A DNA stretch of 64,000 nt from Azolla caroliniana. Taxonomy: Eukaryota > Plantae > Polypodiophyta. The position numbers were made by a program, and so were the translations under genes. The notes beneath the pieces were generated by a model. The model was given only the letters and a program-made list of their open reading frames with translations, was not told where the DNA came from and did not search any database. The DNA is taken from positions 35,712,001 to 35,776,000 of the forward strand of contig JBHGNT010000001.1 of NCBI GenBank assembly GCA_043228905.1, written 5' to 3'. How positions within the stretch are numbered: position 1 is the stretch's first letter; each line of letters opens with the position of its first letter. Shown in pieces: positions 11,279 through 22,045 of this stretch.

Positions 11279-12505
11279 TGTGTTACCGGCCGGCAAGGAG
11301 TCCAAAATACGGAGTGAAGGAATTAATTAGATATGGTTGTAAATGAGCATAGTGTGGACGGACGGACTGGAAACGGTATGCCGTTCCAGATCCGGACGGA
11401 TCCCGAATAGGTGCGAGAGGCACCGTTTTGTACTACGGGCCGGAAACCTATTTAAAGGCCCGGACCCTATTGTAATGGCAGCGGATAATTAGTAGAGCTT
11501 ATGTTGTTTATACTTCTGTCTTGATTTCCGTTCTGTAATCACTGTTATATCTTACGCGTGTAATTAACCAAAGCAATCTAATCGTGTAACCTACGTAAGT
11601 CGGTGTAATCGTTGAATCTTAATCCTATGCCGTAATCACCCTTTGGTGAAGTGTCTCCGTGACACCTTGTGTTAGGCCTTGTCCGGCTAGAGAATAACAC
11701 TCGCTTCGTAGATCTCAGTAGCTCCGTCGAAGTAGCGAAGACTGACATGGCAAGTCGGGATGATAAGCTGGTGGGGGCGAGGGGACGACGGCAAACAGAA
11801 GACTCGGGACCTATTGCAGCAGCACGAAGACGGGAAGGGCCAAGCGGGCTACTACGGGGTGTTCCTCGGGTGCAAAGGACACCGGTATGCGGGTGAGCGG
11901 CGATGCGCGATCTGGCCGGGAAAGGGGCCGACGAGGCGTGCAATAAACCAGAGTGCGACATAGGCGGTGCCAAACAACGGGCGAGGGTACATGGCACACG
12001 GAGGTGCCGGAGCGGAAAGGCGAGCGCGGAGATAGGTTGCGCGGTTCAGAGGTATCGTGGAGAAGACCGGAAAGGGATCCCCACACCGTTCCGGAGACCA
12101 TGGCGGTTCGAGCCGACGCGGCGATGTAAGACCATGGAGAAGGAAGGTGGCGGCGGAAGGACGAAGGCGACGCTAAACACCATCGGGACATCACGATTGG
12201 ACAACGGAGGCCAAGCGGGCCACCACGAGCATGCCTCAAGCGGAGGACATCGGGCATACGGCGGGACGCGGGGCGTTCATACGGCCGAACAAGGGCCAAT
12301 GGAAGAACGTGTACTACGGAGATCACGGCAAAGGACCCATCGACGGGTCGAACGAGCCTACAGGGAGGCGAGCGCGAAGGAAGACTCGAAGCCGACGGAT
12401 CAAACCGGCAGCGAGCCGAGATGCGGATCACGGGAGACCTATTTCTCACTGGCCGAAATCTCTGACCCTTCAACCAGATTGGCATGTACCGGTGGATGTG
12501 CAGTT

Positions 12506-12518
12506 AGGTGGGGGCGGA
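12506..12518 (+). other. Polypurine tract of the outer element
   Basis: AGGTGGGGGCGGA immediately precedes the TG of the 3' LTR. Confidence 0.8.
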
Positions 12519-13288
12519 TGTCGTGAAGAATTTCGGCCAGAGGCGAAAACCGGGAAACATTGGCTACATCAGCGGGGTGCAGCGTGTGTACGCACCCATG
12601 TACATTTAGTGTGAATATCGAGGGCGCCTTTATGGCGCCGAAGAGTAGTCAAGTTGGGACAGACGATCCCATGAAAGTCGAGATTTGTCCTACATTGTAA
12701 CGCATCCCTCTCCTTGTTCTATTAAAGGAAGGGATCGCCCTTTGTGGAGGGGTTGCCCATTTTGCAATAGAGGGTATACCGTTAGGTTTAGAGTTAGGTT
12801 CTTCTTCTTCTCCCCCTTCGTGTTCGCTTAGGGTTTGCTTGGGTTCGGCCTCCTGTGCAAGACCCCGCTCGGCGCGACGATCTAAGAGCTCCCCAACGGC
12901 GGCTTGGCAGCAGACGACTACTGTAACCTACCTCAGTCCGGCTCGAAGCCAGAAATGTATTCTTCTTCATATATATGTATATATACATTTGCGTCTGTCT
13001 GTGTATATTTGCGTCTTTGTTGGTGTCGGGTGCTTCCCCTTTCCTGCGTTTCTTGTACATGAGGGTGTGAGCTGTGTGTGCGTGCGTGTGCGTGCGTGCG
13101 TGCGTGCACGTGAGTCGGTGTCAAGCGCACGCTCCCTCTCTTTCTCTCTCTCTCCCTTCGGTCGCTTCCGGTGTTCTTCTGGGATCCCCCTGGAAACGGT
13201 GAAGCATGACTTCCTACGCTCCGTCACTCCCTGGTCCAAGACCCCCGTGGTCCCGCCTTTCTCCACGCACGCGCGTAACAACGCGACA
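12519..13288 (+). repeat. 3' LTR of the outer element (770 bp)
   Basis: TGTCGTGAAG...AACGCGACA; the length difference from the 5' LTR comes from the GT/GC microsatellite. Confidence 0.93.
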
Positions 13289-16200
13289 GCGGTTTAACGA
13301 TTGGTGACTTATTGATTTAGGACATGGTGACTGTAGTAGAATAAGGTCCAACCCATGAGGAAGCATCTCAAATGAATGGAGCATTGTCGTAGTAAAGCTC
13401 TCTTCTTCTTTTTCCAAAAATAAAGCATACTTTTGGGTACTCATAGATTATATTAGATCAATTTTTTATCATCCACATGAGACCAAAATAAACATTTCAT
13501 CTTGTATGTTACTCCTTCCTAAGAAAATGTTTACTACTTTGTAGTAAAACCTCTTTGTGTGAAAACAATGCCCATACATTTGCTCGCCTTTCTTGATTAG
13601 AGAGAGTGAGTGGGTGAGTGGGTGAGAGAGATTTAAGTATAAGTCTCTAATGATGTAGATCATTGGCCTTGATTGTAAAGTTTCTTAAGAGGTTCTAGAA
13701 AATTTACGCAGATGAATGAGGTGATTTGCATAATTCATGCATTGCATATCCATAGTGTGTAAAACGAAGGTTTTACTTTGTTGATTGCAAGGGGATCAAC
13801 AATACTAGTCAATCCCCATCCCACGATCCAAATCCAAATTCTCCCCTCATTTGCATCTAACATGCACATGCTTCTCTTTTGATTTCCTAAGAATTTCATT
13901 TCCTTCCAATTAGTCACAATCATGTTGTATATAGCGAGATTCATTGCACGAGCTCAATTCAACTACAACATTGGTGTTGAGTCACATCCATTAGAACATA
14001 GATTAAGCCTACCAACGATATTAGATGGCGTGGGTGAGTTTTCATGGATTCCAAAACCAAATATCTCTCATCATAAGGCCCAACCCTAAATGCATATTTG
14101 CTTGTTCTAGCAGGTTTGGCTCATCAATACCCTCCTAATGACAGTGGCATACTCATTATTTACACTATTGGTGGAGACCTCCATCACTATTCCTTGAATT
14201 CTATGTTAATGAAGTAGAGCAATCAAGAAATCACAATGTTCAGTTGTTAGAATATCCTTCACGCTAGCCATCACTGGTTAGCTTCAATGCTCACCTCTAA
14301 TGATAAGCCCTACCTCAAGCATTAGATCTCAATAGAAGTTGTTAGCAATTTTAGAATCCTAAAGTGTCACTATAGTCGACATGATAACTATGTCACACTT
14401 CATAAAAATCTCATACTCTCATTAGGAATGTGCCCACTCATGGAAAAAACATGTTCTCATCCTGGTGGAGGTAATCAAGGTGCTATCACTCAAAGGAGAT
14501 TTTCGTTAACCTCATATTGTCTCGTGAACAACCTACTATTCTTGGTTTTCCTTGGCACAAATTCCACAATGGTATCACAAATTGGTATGCTTGTTCCCTC
14601 ACCTTGTGTCATGGGCTTTGCAAATCTCAACCAGTCAATCTACTTGTTTTGTTTTATGTAGGATAAGTGAATGTATTGGTTCTTCCTATCTCAAGCTATT
14701 TGCATCCCTAAGATGTGCTTCACTCTTTCTAGCACCTTCATGTCAAATTTCTAGCCCAAACATCTACTTCACAACTCAAATTTCCTTTTTGTTGATTTCC
14801 TCCCTATTAGCGGGTAATCTAGATACACAATAAAGAGCATTAGAGCATTATCCACAACACCTTCAGTGCATTCTCATTGATACAATGAATCGTTTTAACT
14901 TCATGAATGGATGACGAATCTGAAACCATTATTGGGATGTCTATTTTTGGCCACATAAGTTTTTATTTTTTTGGCATAAAATTTACTCCTTAACCAATTC
15001 TATGCACCTAGAGGATTGCTCTATATACACCATCTTCTTGAGGTCCAAATGCAAGAGGGTCACAATTGCAAGCAACATTGTCAACATTGTCAAGACTCAA
15101 AAGATTTCATGGAGTTGTATTTCACATTGGTGATATAATCATTTGGCATCAATGGGTGCTTTGTACCTTGGCTTTGGGCTATCAAATATCTACTTCATGA
15201 TAACATTTTTTGCTATGTTGAAACCATGTGGCAACAAGGGAGATAGATTTTGTGATGGATGGAGGAGTTGCGGTATAGATTGGCTTCAATAGTTGCACAA
15301 TCTCTACGGAAAGCATAATGTTGTAGCTGATGTGACTTTTTTTAAACTAATGGACGGATATTTTGTTTTGAGAAAAAAAAAGTGTACTTCAACTTGTAGG
15401 TCCATTTACAAAGTAGACCCAAGTTGTCCTAGGGGAAGCCTACCACCTCCCAAGTTGGGTTCTTCTAAATCAACTCCATCTCGCACTTCAAGGCAAGGCT
15501 CCATTTCACGCTATCTTTGAAATCCATGACATCCTTATAGCAAAAGTGCTCTATTGCATCTATCAACATCATTTGGTTCTCCCTTCCGACAAACCTATTC
15601 AGCTCATGTTGCAAATGAGAAGAAAGAAGAAGAGAAGAAGAAAAGTGTAACTTCTTGATAAATTATGGCCTAGTTTTTTTGTTCATGCTACAATGGGCAT
15701 TATCTTATATAACCTTCTTGGGCCAATCCTCACTAATTCACGATGTTCATCTACATGTGACAATTCTTTATAGAAGGAGATTTGGTACACCTAGAGATTA
15801 TCTCCACTTATAGTAATGTTCTTGCTTTCAATCCTTGTCCTATAACATTGTTAATCTATCATCTTTTTTTAATAAGAAGTTTTTTTTTAATTAATTCATT
15901 TTTCTTTTGATTGTAGCTCATTGAATAGAAAAACACCGTAATTACGAGGATAAGCAATATATGACATCCCCTCTTGATGCCCCATTTTTCCAATTCCCAT
16001 AACAAATCCATAAGCACACTCAAACAAGTAACTCATTGAAAGAAATTTAAATGAAATATTTTGCTAGAAATCAAATGTAGGAGTTGGATTCTATATTCTT
16101 TGATCCTCGTGTTTAAAGTGGGAGTCTTTGGAAATGTATGCAAACAAAAACAAAGTTGATGGTGAATCGTGATGCCTCTTTTGAAAATATGCTTGCAACT

Positions 16201-16890
16201 TCTTTAAAGTAAATGATGTCAAGATTGCACACAATACTTTGTTACAATGATCCCATTGAAAATAGGAGGATCTAGATGTAGAGAACGAAGGGAATATGGT
16301 CCTAAATTGTTATTTAAGTCTTCACAAACAAATGATGGTTTAGCTCTAGCACCCATGTAATGTTGCGTTTTAAATTTTAGTGAATGGAGTAAACAATGTA
16401 ACTTTTTGTTTTGTTGCCTACGACAAACGAAGAATATCATTAGGCTCTTCTATTTAAGAGAATTTTATATATGCTTCTCTAAAAGGTAGTTACTTCAGCA
16501 CTCAAAAGCATATATCAACAAGCATAACATTGTAGCTCATACTTCCTTCACCTTCACATTTAAAATTTATGATGGGAAAAAGGGAAATATATTCAAAAAA
16601 TTTGTCAAAGAAAGTGAACCTTCCATCTACTTTGTAAATTGGCCTTTTTTTGAAAACTTTATAGGTTCACTTTGGATAGTAGTTTTAGTTTTACCCACAA
16701 AGAAAGCCATAGTGCTTTTTGGAGCAAGCAACTGCTTGAACCAACATTGATTGTGTTTCACGTTTAGAATTTACTTCTTCATATAATAACAATGTTGAGC
16801 ACCCACAATTACATACTAAAGAGTATCACATAGAGAAAACATATATTCATCCCTCTCTCACACACACGGTCACATATGCATACACATAAC

Positions 16891-19800
16891 ATGACATTAG
16901 GGTTATTAGCTTGGATTGGAGTCTCCCTATGTTTCCTTGTCGGGGCATCTGCATTTCCTTATACGTTTTCTTACATGCAACCCAATGAAGGTAATCTTTG
17001 AGTTATCTACTTACTTTACAAATATCTCCTTATACATTTTCTTACATGCAACCCACTTAAGGTAATATTCAAGTATCTTTTGCTTTACAAAGATTTAAGT
17101 TATTGTGATGCATTCTTGATTTTAACCTAGTATTTTGGCATATTTTGGCCCTTCTTAATTTTAACATAAATGGCAAAATTTGAAGATTTTATTAAACCAA
17201 TTCGAATGCTCATTTATTTTATGATGAAATTTGAGGTGAGCATACGAATGTTAAAGAATGTCACATTTTGACGTTCCATAAAGATTCTAGGATTTAAACA
17301 ACATATATTGTTTTTATCAAAGTAGAAGTTTAGAATAACAAATATTTACATAGTTTTAGATTGATAGCCAATCTAATACATTGGCTAAAACTTAGGTCTA
17401 ATATCATCATGTTTTCCTACTAACATACTCTAGCTCCAAGAATTTTGAATAAGATTTTTATTTTTTTAGCCAAAAAAAACACTACTTCCCATCAGTTAGC
17501 AAACGAAGTACATCAAAGTTCAGCCATAATCAACAAAACTCACACTACTCCACACAAAACTAAGCATAATCCCCACCCTGCAATTTACAACAAAAGTATC
17601 CGGCTAACACTTTTTACATGGTAACCACATAATTACATCTTTTGTACACTAATGGAAGCCAATGACGGAAACAACCATCTCGGTGCTTGGTAGTTCCATT
17701 TAGGCCTTGAATAAGATTCATCAATGTCTATTAGAAATTTAGTCAATCAAAACTCATTATTATTCTGATGATGGGTTCGTAAGGCACATTCGGTCATATG
17801 ATGTTTTTACAAAAAAGGAAATGGATAACATGTATGGCATGCATTGAAATTAGACGTTAATTACAACGAAGTAGAAGTTAATAAAGTTTAAAAATATAAT
17901 GCCAAGACCGATGGTGTAGGTAAAATAAGTTACGACTTCAACAAGGATGAAGCACCATTGTCTACAACCACATTTTCGCCCACAAACAACTACCCACCAC
18001 CAATTAACAACTTTCCAGGCTCGCAAGGCAGTAGTGCAAGTTCCATTGCCCAAACACCTCCATCTTCCACTCCTTACTCCAACACCCCTTCTGTATGTAT
18101 CCACTCATGTAAACATAATTGTTCATCCTTTTCCAAATAGTTGTTCTCACAAAAACAAAAAATGCTAACATATACAAAAGACTCAAGCAAAACTTGATTC
18201 TAGTTATGCTCAACTTTTCCTTTGTCCTTTAACTACATTTGGAGTCTATTAATAAGGTGTTTCTTCAATAATCTTAACTTGTCATGAGATAAATCTTAGA
18301 TAAAGATATTTAATTTCACGTAATTTTTTCCATCAAGACACCATGAGAAAGTCTAGAAAATCAATATCACGTTCATCTGTTATTAGAGGAGATAATCTAG
18401 GACCATTGTTGGAATTCATAAACAATCTATTCCTCCCAACACTATGTTTGGTAGTTGGTAAATGTGTATGCAATGAGTTTTTATGAATATCCACAAATAA
18501 GTGTTCTAGTATACAAATCATGTAAGTTAACAAGGTTCTAGGATTTATCCAACATAGTCATCTAGCGAGACAAAATATGTGAATGTGTTGAGTGCTAAAG
18601 GAGAGGACGATGTGTATTTTTTGAACTTTCACATAGAGTGAAAACTTAAGAAGTTAGTGTGAATTTGTGCACCTTCCTTTCATATCATTTACATGTGTAA
18701 GTTCTAGATCTCTCTTTCAACTCATATGATCACAATCTCTCCTTGAACATCTCTTGGCGGAAATGGCACATGCATTGCCCATTATCTAATGAAAATGGAT
18801 GTGAATTTTTCATTGGAATTTGCACTCCATTGATTACTTGATTGTCTCTTGAAGATTTTTTTGTTTTCACATTGCTTGGATACATATTTGTAGATGAAAC
18901 CACTTATACTTTGATCATGATTGGTTGGATGTATATTTGTAGATGAAACCACTTATAGTTTGATCATGATTGGTTGGATATATATTTGTAGATGAAACCA
19001 CTTATACTTTGATCATGATATGCCCTCCTAGCTTGAGGATCATTTCCACACATCTAAACAATTAAATGTAAGGTCAAAGTGTCCATGTGACACTTATCCC
19101 CATTCATTCCAAGAATTTGCAATGATGTTATGGCATATGATCATCAATCTCAGGATGTGCCTTACCTAGTCATATAGCAATACATGGTTACGAATGAACT
19201 AGGTGCTAGGAGGGAAGGGATCAATGTGTAGCTTTGAGAGCCTTAGGGTGAAGCGACATCTTAAGGTCTCCTTATTATGTACATTCATATGATCATAAGA
19301 AACCCATGTGTCATAGGTGGAACTTTTGGCATCTTCCTTGAGGGGATATTGCTTAGGTATGTCCTATATTTAGGCTATAGATCCCCATTGTGGTTGTGAC
19401 ATTTTAGTGAATGTGTGTTACACTTGAAAATTGTAAATCCAATGATTTCACACTATGATTTAGCATGTTAGTGTCCCACCCCTTTCATTTATCACTTTTG
19501 ATTATTTGTAATATGTATACGTTTTGTACCTATATTATGTGTTATTGTAAGGCAAGAATTGAACCTTCATAACCAATTGTTATAATAAACTTTCTTGAAA
19601 AATACAAATTTTTTTTCTTTCCAAACAACATATTGAAAATTTCAGTTTTCTCAAAGGTACAATACAATATTGAAATAGGTTACAAGAATGGGAACCAAAA
19701 CTACAACGGGAACTGGAACGGATACAACAACAGGAACTAGAACTGGAGTTGGGACACTTGTAGGGGCACCAACCACAACGACATCAGCCGGAGGAAAAGT

Positions 19801-20388
19801 TTGGTGCATATCAAAGCCAAATGTAGATGAGGCAACACTAATGGGAATAATAATTTATGCATGCGGAGAGGGGAAGGTAAATTGTGCACCCATTCAACCA
19901 AGTGGTGCATGCTTTAAGCCTAATACACTCATCGCTCATGCGTCATTTGTGATGAATCTCTACTACCAACACAACCAACGTAACTGGTGGACTTGCCAAT
20001 TCAATAACAGTGGGATTCTTGTCTTCATTGACCCAAGTAAGTCTATCATATAATGGTTATTTGTTTTGGTCACACATTCCAATTATGTATCAATAATTGT
20101 TTATGCCTAAAATGGTAAAGAAAATGACCACAAAAGTTATGCTCTTTTCATCACTATTTTACATCTCATAAAGAAGCATGTGCTTAAATTAATAAACTCA
20201 CTAGAATGATGAGGTAAATTACTTGAAATACTTTATTGTCTCATGTTTAATAGTAACAAGTCACCCTAAGATTATATAGCTACGCTATTTAAGCCTTATC
20301 TTTTGTACCCTAATTAAGACAAGAAACTTGACCAAAACTACATTGTTCGTTTGCAGGTTATGGTGAATGTATTTACGCCCCACAATAA
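16891..20388 (+). CDS. Secreted X8 (CBM43, beta-1,3-glucan-binding) domain protein with a Pro/Ser/Thr-rich linker
   Basis: X8 motif WCISKP...YACGEGKVNCAPIQPSGACFKPNTLIAHASFVMNLYYQ...CQF...DPSYGECIY. In-frame model: 16891-16990 (signal peptide MTLGLLAWIGVSLCFLVGASA), 17920-18092, 19679-20036, 20357-20388, giving 220 aa. The exon 2 acceptor is weak. Confidence 0.7.
18876..19019. repeat. 49-bp unit repeated three times in tandem, in an X8 intron
   Basis: TTGGAT..ATATTTGTAGATGAAACCACTTATA.TTTGATCATGA at 18876, 18925 and 18974. Confidence 0.9.
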
Positions 20389-22045
20389 CCAACCAGATGA
20401 GCTAGAAGATCTTATATTCTGAAATATCTATAATGACATAATGTTATACTCACAATACATGGATAAGAGTGTTTCCAAGAAACAGAGGTTTTTATTATTA
20501 TTTTCATAATAGATTATGAACTAATATAATTACAAAACAATAATTTTTTTTTATAATTTGGTAAATATATTTCATCAACTAATTTGGAAAATGGGCGACA
20601 CATGAACATAGGTCAATATTAAGGTGTTACAAATGTTATGTAGAAGTTGTAATTCATGATCAATATGTCCTAAGTAATTTCTATTAGTTTTTCGAATAAT
20701 TGAATACAAATAGCAAATTTCATTAGAAGTTAAAACAAAAAATTGCCCCCAATCAATACATAAGATCATCTTTTATTGGCTTTTTATCAATTCATGATGA
20801 GTCCCTTAGTATCAATTTGAGACAATTGTTCTTCTTCTTCATGTGGCAAACCAATGGTGGGCCCCGGGTTTGGCATTGTTATCTTGCCTCTAGCACACAA
20901 TGTGCCTCTAAAATAAGCATAATTCGTGTTTGCAAGTGAATGCATATGGAACAAGGAATATCAACTTTGTGCGTGCCCACAATATAAATGTAACTTTAAC
21001 TATTTAATATGCATTCATACTTGGGCATAAACCTTAGGAATTAGGTAAAATCTAAGAGAGTTCACAATTTTCCTAGGGAATTTTTAGAGGTTATTTTTCT
21101 ACTGAATCTTACTAGTGATCCTACAAACTATCAACTGTAATTGAAGTATTTTACTACAGATACTTCTACGTAATGAAATTATATTGTTCATCAACATTTT
21201 ATGATTAACTTTAATTGTAGCTTATAATACTAAGCACATCATCAATAACAATGAAATTTTGTATTCTGGAAAGATGTTCTAGAAAGATTACCAGAATTAT
21301 TTACACATTACCAGAATTTCCGTCAGGATCCATTAATATTAACTGAAAGTAGCACTAACTGGTGCATGAAATTAACATTGGGCATTTAACATGAATATAC
21401 CATTAATAAGTTGGCATTCCTACATCAATATCAATCAATATCAATGCATCATGATTAATTGATGAATAATGCGAAATATAGTTCTTCCATTAATTGTCAG
21501 CAGATGTGAAAGATAATCCTGTTCTTATCTTAAACCGAATGCACAATAATCAATTGACAGACCATGAGAAAGATAATCCTTCCATTCTTACATCAAAATG
21601 AATGCTATGTAGTTAAATTTATGTATAACGTCATCCTCTCCATAATTTGCATTGCATCAGATGTTATTAGACAAATTTTAAACAGTACAACAATTTGATG
21701 TCTAGAAACTACCTAGGAACTTTCTTACTTACTTTTGTCCTAGATAGGCATGTAGTGATGATTGATACTACAACACAATCCATAGTTTCTGAAAATAATC
21801 AATCTCTATTATAGTGTAACAAACTCATGAATTTTCCAATATTCTGGATTTCAAGAAAACGGAGGTGCGAATGAGTATGCATAACATAATATTGTTATCG
21901 AAATTATTTTCAAGCCTGGGAAGTTATATAATATTTTTCAATTGGGACGTGTGTGTGTGTGTGCTTATATTACACCATCATAAAAAACTATAGTTTCAAG
22001 TGCCTTCAATTGTTAAAACATTATTTCCTTTGTTATGATCAATTT

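Larger units (their letters stand above)
10218..11699 (+). mobile_element. Nested small non-autonomous LTR element (TRIM-like, 1482 bp) with a tRNA PBS at both internal LTR junctions
   Basis: LTRs 10218-10636 and 11281-11699 (419 bp, TGTTA...TAACA, no differences seen); 5-bp TSD CTCGC at 10213-10217 and 11700-11704; TATA-like CTATTTAAAGG in the LTR. Confidence 0.95.
6772..13288 (+). mobile_element. Non-autonomous Gag-only LTR retrotransposon (TR-GAG/LARD-like), about 5.0 kb without the nested insert
   Basis: Direct LTRs TGTC...GACA at 6772-7527 and 12519-13288; GCGG flanks both ends; PBS at 7532; PPT at 12506-12518; gag-like ORF; no PR/RT/RH/INT motifs seen. Confidence 0.92.

Noticed and set aside
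10218-11699. The nested element is simply minus-oriented with a single PBS at 11262-11278
   Set aside because: The opposite junction would then need a PPT, but it carries TGGCGACCAC instead; the TATA-like motif and the ORF are plus-oriented.
6772-13288. Retrozyme (hammerhead-ribozyme LTR element), suggested by the 4-bp TSD and non-autonomy
   Set aside because: No CTGANGA...GAAA hammerhead core was found by eye in either LTR pair; an Infernal search would settle it.
13700-15650. Gene or intact transposon downstream of the LTR element (also about 48000-48700)
   Set aside because: Only short broken ORFs with no diagnostic motif; probably old TE debris that I cannot classify.
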